54,090 nucleotides of DNA from a virus (IMGVR_UViG_3300048011_000746:1-54090); one strand, 5' to 3'; positions 17,673 through 27,326 are shown, numbered from the stretch's first letter. The notes: generated by a model not told the origin, from the letters alone. Numbers and translations: made by a program.

Positions 17673-18506
17673 TCTATTCAGTGGAATACCTTGTGCAATT
17701 TCTTCAACTGTCCATTCAGTGTATGCGTAATCATTGAGCCATTGTGTTCTATCTGGTGTTAGAGGATTTTCGATGTTGTGCAAGAAGTCTATGTCGTTGC
17801 CTACATCATAAGCAAGACTATGGTTGCTAACAAAAGCAGGAACACCATTGAGTACACTATGTATCCCAGGATTGCTACTGTGGCTAATAGTGCAATGTAC
17901 GTTATCAAAGCCCATATCAAAATCATCATATGTACCGCCTATCTTTACTGGATCTTGTCTATATACGTGTTTGAGTCCACGCTCTATGTGTTCTAGTCTA
18001 CAGCGTGGATGTGGACGGAATATAATAGGACGATCTGTGTGCTTGCGTATCTCGTCGTATGTGTTTAAGAACCAGTTGCTCATGCTTGGCATATTGCGCC
18101 ATTGTAAACTTTTATCATGCTGCCCGCATATTAGTATATATTCGCCGTCTGTGCGCCAAGGTTTTAGTTCCAGTGAATGTAAGCAAGCCCGATCACTGCT
18201 ATTACCCATATCCCCAAAATAAGCATCCCTGTTAATTCCATTCAATCCTACCTTCCATGTTGTTCCTCTTTTGATTCCGCCAACTTCTAACACAATAACA
18301 TTTCTACCAGTCCTAGTGTAGTATTCGTATATGGGCCTATTGCCTGTCATTCTTCCGTTAAACAACACACTCCAAATAACTGCAACATCACTGTGCATAT
18401 CATCTTCGCAAATAATGTGCCCGGCTTTTTGCAAACTGTGTTCAAATGCTTCAAAAACAGGCTTGCTGTTTAGTGCACCATATTGCTTGAATAAACTAAA
18501 TCTCAT
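17655..18506 (-). CDS. KpsC/KpsS-like (capsule-synthesis family) putative Kdo/ulosonate transferase
   Basis: CGQ...D.S, FRPHPR and HSSNPGIHSVLNGVPAF resemble the K/RxHP and NS..G.EA..G.PV motifs. Confidence 0.6.
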   Translation of the reverse strand: MRFSLFKQYGALNSKPVFEAFEHSLQKAGHIICEDDMHSDVAVIWSVLFNGRMTGNRPIYEYYTRTGRNVIVLEVGGIKRGTTWKVGLNGINRDAYFGDMGNSSDRACLHSLELKPWRTDGEYILICGQHDKSLQWRNMPSMSNWFLNTYDEIRKHTDRPIIFRPHPRCRLEHIERGLKHVYRQDPVKIGGTYDDFDMGFDNVHCTISHSSNPGIHSVLNGVPAFVSNHSLAYDVGNDIDFLHNIENPLTPDRTQWLNDYAYTEWTVEEIAQGIPLNRLTPNL

Positions 18507-18544
18507 TGTTAAATACCATACATATATTTAACAAGGACAAGCAA

Positions 18545-19366
18545 GTGACAAAAATTTCTGTAGTATCAACATTCCATAAACCCGTATTAGATGTTTACGG
18601 ACAGAGATTTGTCGACAGTTTTAGTAAAAACATTTCACCAGAGATTGATTTGTATTTGTATGCCGAAGATTGCATACCAAAAACAAGCGACACAAGAATA
18701 CATGTATTTGATCATCACAAAGAATTGCCGCAGTTGGTTGCATTTAAAGAAAAATGGAAAAATGTTCCAAAAGCCAATGGTAAATGTCCTCCTGAAATAA
18801 AAGCAAAACGTCCAAGGGATTGGCACAAAGAATTCAAATGGGATGCGGTGAGATTTTCCAACAAAGTGTATGCGGTGTTTGACGCTGCAAAAAAATGCAA
18901 CAGTGACTGGATAGTTTGGATGGATGCAGACACTTATGTACATTCACCGTTTGACTATAAAGCATTTAAAAGTTTTTTGCCAGACAGAGCATTTTTAAGT
19001 TATCTCGGTAGAGGACGTAAATGGCCAGAGTGCGGATTTTACGGAATCAATTTAAAGCATCCTACAGGTCAAAAATTCTTAAAGGATTTTGAACATGCTT
19101 ACGAGCATGCAGAGTACGGCATTTTTCAAATGGAAGAATGGCATGATAGTTATGTGTTTGACGAAGTACTAAAGAAAATTAAAAATAAACATCCTAATGA
19201 TGCTGTACACAATATCAGCGGAGATATTATCAACGGAGAAGGGCATCCATTGATCAACAGCGGTCTTGGTGCGTACTTGGATCATATGAAGGGTGGAAGA
19301 AAGTTTGAAGGCCGCAGCAAACAAACTGACTTAGTTATAAACCGTACAGAGGCTTACTGGCAATAA
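18545..19366 (+). CDS. GT-A fold glycosyltransferase
   Basis: RFSNKVYA, VWMDAD, ECGF, WHDSYVFD and DHMKG. GTG start with an AAGGA RBS. Confidence 0.75.
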   Translation: MTKISVVSTFHKPVLDVYGQRFVDSFSKNISPEIDLYLYAEDCIPKTSDTRIHVFDHHKELPQLVAFKEKWKNVPKANGKCPPEIKAKRPRDWHKEFKWDAVRFSNKVYAVFDAAKKCNSDWIVWMDADTYVHSPFDYKAFKSFLPDRAFLSYLGRGRKWPECGFYGINLKHPTGQKFLKDFEHAYEHAEYGIFQMEEWHDSYVFDEVLKKIKNKHPNDAVHNISGDIINGEGHPLINSGLGAYLDHMKGGRKFEGRSKQTDLVINRTEAYWQ

Positions 19367-20286
19367 TTTCGCATGTGGCGCCAGCATGATCCGTCTTTTA
19401 ATTCATCAAATTTCCAATGAAACATACTGATTCTTTCTAGCCATTGTTGCCTATCAAATTCCTTTGGAGTTTCGATGTTGCTAAAATCAGTATCTGCAAT
19501 TTCTTTGCATTGCGAATCTTCTGGATCTGTAATAAACGCATGATAACCTTGTATTACTGGTCCAACAATGCTACTGCTGTTGTGATTAACCACTGCCCAT
19601 GCTTTCTGTAAATCGTTCTCTAGTGGGGTGCCTTGTGCTGATATGTACACACCTTTGTTTGCAAGTCTTGAAAACCTGTTGCCCAAATAAGACATTGCTT
19701 TGCTATCGCCAGGATGTGGTCTAAGCACAATAGGCCTATCAGTATGCAAGCGTATTTTTCCAATTGTTTTAATAGCCCAAGATTGCACATCCTCGCCCTT
19801 CATGCTCCAGCCTCCATTGCGTTGCAAACACAATACAATGTTTTTGCCTTTGCGTTTATACTTTTCTAATCCTATGTTGCAATCTTTGCTGATCTGCTGC
19901 CACCTTTTTGGATCAATTACATCGTCACAATATATTCCAGTTGTTGGAAATATTCCATTAAAACTATATCTAAGATAATGGTGAGGTTGGTTGCTTTTGT
20001 TTGCATACAAGAACAAATTACTATCACCTGTAATAGTATACTTTTGATGTCTAACTTGTGTGTCAATGATTTTTTGACGCAGTGCTAAATGTGGAGCAGT
20101 TTTGCCCTTGTCGTGTTGCCAGCCTTGTATAACTGCAACATCACAATTTTCATAATCAAACGTTTTGTTTACACTTCCGTTATCGCCAGCTGCTTGTACA
20201 CCCTGTATAAAATTATAAATGATGTTGATTTTTTCTTGGCTGGTATTTTTTTGAGGTATAACTTTTTCGAAACTAACTACTTTCAT
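19354..20286 (-). CDS. KpsC/KpsS-like putative Kdo/ulosonate transferase
   Basis: CLQ, LRPHPGD and VNHNSSS motifs; paralog of 17655. Confidence 0.6.
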   Translation of the reverse strand: MKVVSFEKVIPQKNTSQEKINIIYNFIQGVQAAGDNGSVNKTFDYENCDVAVIQGWQHDKGKTAPHLALRQKIIDTQVRHQKYTITGDSNLFLYANKSNQPHHYLRYSFNGIFPTTGIYCDDVIDPKRWQQISKDCNIGLEKYKRKGKNIVLCLQRNGGWSMKGEDVQSWAIKTIGKIRLHTDRPIVLRPHPGDSKAMSYLGNRFSRLANKGVYISAQGTPLENDLQKAWAVVNHNSSSIVGPVIQGYHAFITDPEDSQCKEIADTDFSNIETPKEFDRQQWLERISMFHWKFDELKDGSCWRHMRNYCQ

Positions 20287-21061
20287 AATTTTCCAACATC
20301 CTTAATGCCGCGCCGCTTTTTAGTTCACTTATGTGAAACTGTCCGTGTGCCAAATGATATGCCCATGCACGTAGTTGATCTTTGTGATACAAAGTCGGAT
20401 CTTCTAAATTGGACAAATCCTTGTCGCATACTGGGTCTGCTGCTGTGGGCGCTAGTGTAAAAGCCGGTACTCCGCTCATAACACTTTCAACTGCTGCTAT
20501 GCTGTTGTATGTTACCATAGCCCAGCAATTATCCAAATCATCAAAAATAGTATTTTGTAATCTAGCAGCTCTTGTATCAGGCTTTGCTCTAATTTTTATA
20601 GGCCTGTTTGTGTGCTTTTTAATTTCAGCAATAGTTTGCTCAGTCCAGTCTTTTAAATCAACGTCATAAAATTTACAAGGCTTTTCACTAGGCAATACCA
20701 AGAGAATATGCTTGCCTCTGCGTGTTTGTTGTTGTATTGGATAGTTGAAATTTTCATACCAGCGAGTTGACGAAACTTGTTTAACTTCGTTGTGTTGTAA
20801 TCCATTTTTAACAATGCGCATCCACTGCTTTGTGCCGCTGGGATTTTTTGGGCTTTTGTAGTTTCCAAAGTATCCGCTGTCCATATAATAAAACGGCAAG
20901 TTGTGCTCGAGTCTATATTTTATTAAATCTTTTTTTACAATGCTTCGGAAGATAATCGGCTCGGGCGTATCTTTATCTACATCTTCTACAACAGGAGAAT
21001 TACACCCTTTTGCAAAAGCATTGATAAAAGCATCCTTGCCGTTTTTACTCCAAAAAATCAT
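20273..21061 (-). CDS. KpsC/KpsS-like putative glycosyltransferase (divergent)
   Basis: YYMDSGYF, RPIKIRAKP and VTYNSIAAVESVMSGVPAF. Confidence 0.55.
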   Translation of the reverse strand: MIFWSKNGKDAFINAFAKGCNSPVVEDVDKDTPEPIIFRSIVKKDLIKYRLEHNLPFYYMDSGYFGNYKSPKNPSGTKQWMRIVKNGLQHNEVKQVSSTRWYENFNYPIQQQTRRGKHILLVLPSEKPCKFYDVDLKDWTEQTIAEIKKHTNRPIKIRAKPDTRAARLQNTIFDDLDNCWAMVTYNSIAAVESVMSGVPAFTLAPTAADPVCDKDLSNLEDPTLYHKDQLRAWAYHLAHGQFHISELKSGAALRMLENYESS

Positions 21062-21780
21062 CGTTGTGTTGCTTCTTTGATCTTCTCTTCAAAGTCAACT
21101 TCGTCTTTCAATCCTGCTTTGTAATGACTGATATAAGGGCCTATAACACTACGCGGAATTGGTGTTTTATGAACATGCCCTTTGTTTAAGTCTAACATTT
21201 TTGCGCCCTTTGCCTGCATACGCAACACAGTTTCTCCGTATACTTCTCCGTCGTAATATCTACGAAGATTTTCGTTGTCGTCGTTTGCATATATCGATTC
21301 ATAAGTTTCACAAAATTCTTTGTAAAGAGGGTGGTGTGTGTTCAGCATAAAGAACCCAGTTTCGCAACTAAAGTATGTTTTATCATCTACAGTATGCTTA
21401 ACTCCAAAGTGTACACTTAGATATTGTGGATCTGCCATTAGCTCGAGCAACTGTTTGTTTATATCTCTTGTTGCTTCGCTGTCTGCGTCTGCCCAAATAA
21501 GCCAGTCACAAGGAATATTTTTCATAGCATGTATAATACTAAATGCTTTCTTGCCAAAGTTTGTAATTTTGCGATTTTTAGATGTCCAGCGACGATAAAA
21601 ACTATTATAAGTTTCTCCTAGTTCCCATCCCATTAGTGCCCAACGTTTGCTCTTGAACTTAAACCCTTCATTGTAACAATAAAGATCGATGTCTCGCCAA
21701 TGCTTTTCAAAACTTTCAATCATCAATTTGCCACAATGATTATAATACGGTTTATTCATACTTGTTACTAGTGCAAACAT
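21058..21780 (-). CDS. GT-A fold glycosyltransferase
   Basis: FGKKAFS, IWADAD, ETGF, YYDG and HYK; paralog of 13449 and 18545. Confidence 0.75.
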   Translation of the reverse strand: MFALVTSMNKPYYNHCGKLMIESFEKHWRDIDLYCYNEGFKFKSKRWALMGWELGETYNSFYRRWTSKNRKITNFGKKAFSIIHAMKNIPCDWLIWADADSEATRDINKQLLELMADPQYLSVHFGVKHTVDDKTYFSCETGFFMLNTHHPLYKEFCETYESIYANDDNENLRRYYDGEVYGETVLRMQAKGAKMLDLNKGHVHKTPIPRSVIGPYISHYKAGLKDEVDFEEKIKEATQR

Positions 21781-21785
21781 TTTGT

Positions 21786-22460
21786 CTACTGTTCCATCAT
21801 GTGCCATAATTCTTTTTTCCATAAGTTGTGTTTTTCGCAGTTTCTGTAGTTTTCAAACCAAGGGCCGCCTTCTGTATAGTGTATTAGTTTTGGGGTTTCA
21901 ATGTCGTCATACACACCCACTAAGTAGTTCCATGTATGATTTAACTCGCCAATTTCTTCATCTTTAAGCCAACTAAATCTATGCAAGTATGCTCCGGTAA
22001 TTTCTGGATCATTCACCAATTCTTTTGTAACTGCTTGATTGCTAGGATGACCGCAGTTAATCAGCATAACACTGCTCCAGTTCTTGCGCGGATACACAGT
22101 CTGTTGTTGGCCGTCCATCTTTACACCTTCTCTTGGAGTGTAATCATGTTGCACACACATAACAGCATACTTGTCATCGGCTTGATCAAATAGCTCTTTA
22201 ATGTCAGTAGTAAGGATCATATCACAATCCATAAACACTGCCCATCCTTTGTATTCTGTTAATTCGGGAATAAGAAAACGTGTAAATGTAAACTCTGTGC
22301 TTGCTAGCTTATCAACGTCTCTCCAATACAACTCTTGTTCACGCAATTCATTTTGTTTAAGAGGAATAACAGTAGCATGTGGCTGTTTACTTACAATACT
22401 ATGCTTGCACACTTGATATGCAATATCTTCTCTGCTGTCCCAGCCTACAAATACTTTCAT
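21786..22460 (-). CDS. GT8-related glycosyltransferase (CDI-like)
   Basis: VGWDSRE, STEFTFTRF, FMDCD, YPRKNWSS, WNYL and HYTEGGPW. Confidence 0.85.
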   Translation of the reverse strand: MKVFVGWDSREDIAYQVCKHSIVSKQPHATVIPLKQNELREQELYWRDVDKLASTEFTFTRFLIPELTEYKGWAVFMDCDMILTTDIKELFDQADDKYAVMCVQHDYTPREGVKMDGQQQTVYPRKNWSSVMLINCGHPSNQAVTKELVNDPEITGAYLHRFSWLKDEEIGELNHTWNYLVGVYDDIETPKLIHYTEGGPWFENYRNCEKHNLWKKELWHMMEQ

Positions 22461-23224
22461 TAATCTCTTCTTTCAATATCTTCTTCGGATAGTTCATTTC
22501 CCATCCACACTTCAATGACTTTAGCAGTAATTGGTCCTGTATTAACTGCTTTGTGCCAAGTTAGCACAGGTATGTCTATGCTAGTGCCTGCTTCGTATAA
22601 TTTAGTTTCTGTGTCGCCATTTGGATATTCTAGTGTCATCTGCACATCGCCTTCTACGACATGCCAGTGTTCGCTGCGTTTAAAATGTCGCTGATCACTC
22701 AATGCCTTGCCGCTGTCAAATGCCAATTGTTTGACTTGCCAGCCGGTACCTTTGTCTAACACAGTGTATCTACCCCATGCACGTTCTGTAGTTGGCTGAC
22801 TCCATTCTTTGAGTATCCAGCTGCTGGAATTCTTTTTATCTTCGCCGCCAACACCAAACACAAACTCTACATCTTTGCAATCGCTGTATAAATCCTGCTC
22901 TGGAATATTGCCGTCGACTCTGTCGCCGCCGTTGGCAACAATTATTTTTCCAGTTGTAGTTTGCAACAAATACCCGATGGCTTTTGTGGTGCCGCCGTTG
23001 TCGTCGTCTTCCACTAATACAACTTCGTTGACACATGACAGCTCTTTTACAATTGCTGCTCGTTCTTCAAAAGGCATAAAAGGCTTGCCTTTTTTGTTTA
23101 CAAGCCATTGGTCACTATTCAGTCCAACTACCAGCTTGTCACCTAGTTTTTTAGCTTCTTTGAAATATTCAATATGTCCGCTATGTAGTGGATCAAATCC
23201 ACCTGATACAAATACAGTTTTCAT
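22460..23224 (-). CDS. Fusion of a cytidylyltransferase (TagD/RfaE-like) and a mannose-6-phosphate-isomerase-type cupin
   Basis: GGFDPLHSGH, GLNSD and KKNSSS, followed by RAWG.Y...SDQRH..RSEHW. Confidence 0.85.
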   Translation of the reverse strand: MKTVFVSGGFDPLHSGHIEYFKEAKKLGDKLVVGLNSDQWLVNKKGKPFMPFEERAAIVKELSCVNEVVLVEDDDNGGTTKAIGYLLQTTTGKIIVANGGDRVDGNIPEQDLYSDCKDVEFVFGVGGEDKKNSSSWILKEWSQPTTERAWGRYTVLDKGTGWQVKQLAFDSGKALSDQRHFKRSEHWHVVEGDVQMTLEYPNGDTETKLYEAGTSIDIPVLTWHKAVNTGPITAKVIEVWMGNELSEEDIERRD

Positions 23225-23228
23225 GCTG

Positions 23229-23257
23229 TATTTATATGCGTAGTTTACTGATAAATA
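23229..23257. promoter_or_regulatory. Divergent pair of T4-type late promoters
   Basis: Minus strand TATAAATA-CAGC-ATG (23224); plus strand TAAATA-TTTTT-ATG (23263). Confidence 0.65.
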
Positions 23258-23262
23258 TTTTT

Positions 23263-23862
23263 ATGGCAATATTTGTAAATTCTCACAATATATGTTTTAT
23301 ACACAATCCAAAAACCGGCGGCAGTAGTATACAAAAATGGTTGTTAGAAAATACCGACTGCACTCACTGGAAATTGCATTGCACATTAGATCAAGCTAAA
23401 GAAAAATTTCCTAATATAAAATATAGTTTTGCAGTAGTACGCAATCCATGGGACTGGGCAGTAAGTTCGTATTTTTACGAATATAAAAAAATAGAACACA
23501 ATCTGGCCTTAATAAAAGACAAGCCGTATCTTATTAATACTTGCAAAGACAAATATAATGCCAAATTACAATATCAAAAGAAAAATTTTTTAGACAACGG
23601 ATTTGAGTATTGGTTAAAAAACGGACATATAACTCCACAAAATAAATTTTTAAATGTTGACTATGTGATTAAATTTGAAAATTTAATTAACGATTTTAAA
23701 AAAATACAGGATTTATTGCATACCGATACTCCATTACCTCACATAAACAAAACCAAAAGAAGTAATTACAAAAATTATTACACAACTGACACAATTAACT
23801 ATGTATATAATAAATACAATGAAGAAATAAAAATGTTTGGATATCAATATGAAACACCCTAG
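23263..23862 (+). CDS. Sulfotransferase family 2 protein
   Basis: 5'-PSB loop FIHNPKTGGSSI, 3'-PB VRNPWDWAVSSY, KFENL and FGY. Confidence 0.85.
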   Translation: MAIFVNSHNICFIHNPKTGGSSIQKWLLENTDCTHWKLHCTLDQAKEKFPNIKYSFAVVRNPWDWAVSSYFYEYKKIEHNLALIKDKPYLINTCKDKYNAKLQYQKKNFLDNGFEYWLKNGHITPQNKFLNVDYVIKFENLINDFKKIQDLLHTDTPLPHINKTKRSNYKNYYTTDTINYVYNKYNEEIKMFGYQYETP

Positions 23863-24433
23863 AATGACTGCAATATTCAAAGATGCAGTATGGAAAAACA
23901 ACAAGCCCGGATACTATGCAGAAATTGGTGCATTTGACGGTAGAAAAAAGAACAGCACTATAATACTTGAACAAGCAGGCTGGGAAGGCATTTGTGTTGA
24001 ACCTACTCCTGCTAGTTATGCACAGCTTGTAAAAAATAGAAAGTGCCGTTGCGAAAATGTTGCAATTTGGAAGGAAGAAACAACTATTGAATTTGCAACA
24101 TACAATAATGATCCTGCATGGAATGGTATCAAAGAAACACTTGATCAATACCACTTGGATAGATTAAATCTAGCAGAAACTATTACTGTTCCTACAAAGA
24201 CATGGAATGGATTGAATTTGCCTAAAAAAATTGACTATTTACAGATTGATGTTGAAGGTGCAGAACTTACTATTATGGACTGTATTGACTGGAACACACA
24301 AAAAATTCATTATATTTGTATGGAAGATAACGGTAGTAAGTCAGGCGATATGACTTACTACAATTATATGATAGGATTAGGATATCAACTTATTGTACAA
24401 CAACATGTTGATTACTTGTGGTTTAAAGCGTAG
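23849..24433 (+). CDS. FkbM-family methyltransferase
   Basis: EIGAFDG...N, GICVEP and IDYLQIDVEGAE. Confidence 0.85.
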   Translation: MKHPRMTAIFKDAVWKNNKPGYYAEIGAFDGRKKNSTIILEQAGWEGICVEPTPASYAQLVKNRKCRCENVAIWKEETTIEFATYNNDPAWNGIKETLDQYHLDRLNLAETITVPTKTWNGLNLPKKIDYLQIDVEGAELTIMDCIDWNTQKIHYICMEDNGSKSGDMTYYNYMIGLGYQLIVQQHVDYLWFKA

Positions 24434-24881
24434 CGTCTTCCATTCCTGCTACACGTAGTTTAACTACATTTGTAATTTGCCATTGCTTTTGATCAAGTGC
24501 TTTTAATACACCCAACCACTTGTTGCGCATTAGAGCAAACTCGTTGATGATTTTTTCGTAGTCGCAAACATCTTGTTCACCGTCGACATACTTTTCTACA
24601 TCGCGACTGCTTAATGCACGTTGATAATTTTCTAAATATTTCTTAAAAAACGAGCTGCGCAATTTGCGCAACTCGATGTTCATGAATTCAAGAATTGCTT
24701 CAATTTCCTGAAGTTGATTAAAACGGTATTCTACAATACCTGGCATTGCTGCTGCGGCCTTTTCAACGTTGCCTGTAAGTTTACACTCAATACGTGCGTG
24801 TTGCAGTTCAGTTTCAAAGTATTGTATTGCAGCAGGGATTTCACCTATGTTGCGACTAACACGGCTATACCATCCGGCCAT
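24423..24881 (-). CDS. uvsY: Recombination mediator, UvsY-like
   Basis: Helical protein with ALSSRDVEKYVDGE and KQWQI, located downstream of uvsX. Confidence 0.7.
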   Translation of the reverse strand: MAGWYSRVSRNIGEIPAAIQYFETELQHARIECKLTGNVEKAAAAMPGIVEYRFNQLQEIEAILEFMNIELRKLRSSFFKKYLENYQRALSSRDVEKYVDGEQDVCDYEKIINEFALMRNKWLGVLKALDQKQWQITNVVKLRVAGMEDATL

Positions 24882-25111
24882 TACTCATCCCAATCTTCGT
24901 CGTCGTTGTCAATATCAGCGTCAAGGTCTAGATAATACTGTATTGCATTATCTAGATACTTGTCGTTGCCCAAACACTCTTTTAAAACAATGTCGTCTAC
25001 TCCATAATCAGCAAGTAGATCTACATACTTTTCAGCAGTAAGTTCTATTTGCTTTTTATCTAAGTTGGGTTTAAACATTGTCCAAATATCAGCAATTTGT
25101 TCTTCATTCAT
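24881..25111 (-). CDS. Small acidic hypothetical protein
   Basis: 76-aa ORF coupled between uvsX and uvsY. Confidence 0.7.
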   Translation of the reverse strand: MNEEQIADIWTMFKPNLDKKQIELTAEKYVDLLADYGVDDIVLKECLGNDKYLDNAIQYYLDLDADIDNDDEDWDE

Positions 25112-26243
25112 TTTCCGCAGTTTCCTCGATTAGGTTATCATCGGTATTTACCAATTCTGCTTCTAACTCAGCTAATTCTGCTTCTCTTGCAAGGCGATCA
25201 GCTTCTGCTGCGTCTGCTGCAACTTGTGCTTCTTTAGCTGGTAGATCTGCCATAACTTTGTCGAGTAGATCGCCTGTCCAACGCTTGCGGAACTCAAGGA
25301 TCTCTTCGCCGTCACTCATAATATACTTGTAACGATTGCCTTGCTTCTCTAGCAAGCCTTTTGCATCCAACAAATCAAACATACCCGAATATGGGTCCAT
25401 GCCTGTTTCATATGGAATCTCAACTTGTACACTTTCAAACGGTTTGTTGTAACGTGTTTTCATTACCTTACACGCTGCACGAATACCATGTACTTGAGAT
25501 GTTTTGTTGCCGTCTGCGTCTACTTTTAGTTTGAGTTTCTTCATAGCAACAACCATTGAACTTGCATACACAAAGCCCGAACCACCTGAGATCTTGTCAT
25601 CTGGATCAAACATGTCTTGTGATGCATATGTGTGGTTGGTTACACACATACCTACGTTGTAACTACCAAACATGTTAACACAGTTTGTTACTAGTGCTTT
25701 GAGTGCTTTTGCCTTACGACCAAAGTCACCTTTCATATCACCTTTTTGGAACTGGTCCATTTCAGTTGGGCTCATAAGCATACCAAGTGAGTCAACTACA
25801 AACAATACTTTTGGGCGTTCTTCTTCGGCCATAGCTTTGTAGTCTTCCATAAACGTACTAACAGTTTTAGCAACGTCATCGATCATTGCCATGTTTAGTT
25901 TAAGAAGTTTGCTTTCGTCTGTGTCTACTTGTAGTGCTTGTAGCCATGTTTCGTCAAGTGCGTTTTCACTGTCAATAAGAACAACAAAAATACCTTGCTC
26001 TTGTGCATAACGTACAATGTTACCACTTACAATATATGATTTGCCTGCGCCAGATTCGCCTGCAAACACTGACACTTTGCCTAGCGGAATACCTTTTTGA
26101 AAGTCACCACTTAACAAATAATTAAGTGCAAAGTTGCCTGTACTAATCCAATCAGTTGGATCGTTAAAACCTGCACTCATACCCGTAATAGATTTTGTCA
26201 ACGAATTACGGAACTTCGTTGGATCGAATGTTTTACTAGCCAT
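25104..26243 (-). CDS. uvsX: RecA/UvsX recombinase
   Basis: ISTG, GESGAGKS, IDSENALD, VVDSLG, TNH, SGG and KTR. Confidence 0.93.
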   Translation of the reverse strand: MASKTFDPTKFRNSLTKSITGMSAGFNDPTDWISTGNFALNYLLSGDFQKGIPLGKVSVFAGESGAGKSYIVSGNIVRYAQEQGIFVVLIDSENALDETWLQALQVDTDESKLLKLNMAMIDDVAKTVSTFMEDYKAMAEEERPKVLFVVDSLGMLMSPTEMDQFQKGDMKGDFGRKAKALKALVTNCVNMFGSYNVGMCVTNHTYASQDMFDPDDKISGGSGFVYASSMVVAMKKLKLKVDADGNKTSQVHGIRAACKVMKTRYNKPFESVQVEIPYETGMDPYSGMFDLLDAKGLLEKQGNRYKYIMSDGEEILEFRKRWTGDLLDKVMADLPAKEAQVAADAAEADRLAREAELAELEAELVNTDDNLIEETAENE

Positions 26244-26271
26244 TAAATTCTCCTAAAAAGCCAAATACAAT

Positions 26272-26300
26272 ATGGGTTGCAATCATTAACTGCAACCCAT
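26272..26300 (-). terminator. Stem-loop between ssb and uvsX (terminator or processing site)
   Basis: ATGGGTTGCA-N9-TGCAACCCAT, a perfect 10-bp inverted repeat. Confidence 0.6.
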
Positions 26301-26312
26301 TTTAGTTTGCTA

Positions 26313-27326
26313 TCAACCTTGACGTGAACGAATCATTGCAAGAATGTCCTGAGCACCGCCACCTTCTGCAGGTGCTGCTGCTGGTGCTGGAGTTGGCTCA
26401 GGTGTTGCTGGCGCAGCAGGTTCTTGCCAGCCTGTATCGTTTGTAGTTTCTGCCACAGGTGCTGCTGGCGCAGGTGCTGCCTCAGGTGCTGCTGCTGGTG
26501 TAGGTGCAGGACGATTGTTTGGATCACCTGTACGTGCAGCCATACCTGCTGGACGGAAGTATTGACTCCAACGATCTGGATCATATGCTTCGCCGTCTAC
26601 AGAAGCTTCAAACATTTCTGTAAGAACTTTTACTGCTGTTTCGTCTGGCTTTTTAGGAAGGAAGTCTGACATATTAAACAAGCCGTGTGTGTTAACTGCT
26701 GCCATTTCATTGTCGCTTAAAGGACGTTCACGGCGTGCCCAGTTGCTTGCACCGTAGTCTGCGTATCCACCTTTGGAACCTTTTGAAAGACGGAAGTCAA
26801 CACCAGCAGTATAATCTGTTGGCAGTTCTTCCATGTCCGGATCCATAAGTGCTGCTTTGATAAGCTGGAAGATTTGTGGTCCAATAATAAAGCGACGAAT
26901 TGGATTTTCTGGAGTAGTATCTTCTTTCAAAGGATTGTCTGTTACAAAGCCTTGGAAAATGTATGAACGCTTTTTCCAGTATTTACGACCCATATCTTCA
27001 AGACTTGGATCTTTAAACCAACCACGTACTTCTTGTAGGATTGGGCAAGATTCTCCGTACATTTCCATACACGGTACTTGTACTTGTACTGGACGTGAAC
27101 TTGTGTCCCCTTTAACTCCTGAGAACGGAAGTTTGATCATCAAACGTTCTACCCAAAAGAATGTATTGTCAGGATTGCCATCTGGTAAGAAACGGAGCGT
27201 TGCTTGCTCGCCTTCGTTCATATTCCAAAATGGGTAAATTGCATTGTCACCGCCTGATGTGCGATTGCCGCCTGCGTTTGACTCTTGTGCTGCGAGCTTT
27301 GCTCGAATTTCTGCTAATGATGCCAT
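26313..27326 (-). CDS. Single-stranded DNA-binding protein (gp32-like)
   Basis: LRFLPD, C..M..E.CP, KKRSY and a Pro/Ala-rich acidic tail; lies upstream of uvsX. Confidence 0.8.
   Translation of the reverse strand: MASLAEIRAKLAAQESNAGGNRTSGGDNAIYPFWNMNEGEQATLRFLPDGNPDNTFFWVERLMIKLPFSGVKGDTSSRPVQVQVPCMEMYGESCPILQEVRGWFKDPSLEDMGRKYWKKRSYIFQGFVTDNPLKEDTTPENPIRRFIIGPQIFQLIKAALMDPDMEELPTDYTAGVDFRLSKGSKGGYADYGASNWARRERPLSDNEMAAVNTHGLFNMSDFLPKKPDETAVKVLTEMFEASVDGEAYDPDRWSQYFRPAGMAARTGDPNNRPAPTPAAAPEAAPAPAAPVAETTNDTGWQEPAAPATPEPTPAPAAAPAEGGGAQDILAMIRSRQG

Noticed and set aside
23795-24154. 119-aa minus-strand ORF
   Set aside because: It overlaps the well-supported FkbM gene on the opposite strand and has no recognisable features.
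9409-24433. Bacterial LPS/capsule island or chimeric assembly
   Set aside because: The genes overlap and interleave with phage core genes (uvsW, uvsY) and share the phage promoter motifs.
26340-26520. GCT/GGT-rich quasi-repeats
   Set aside because: They simply encode the Pro/Ala-rich linker of the SSB tail.
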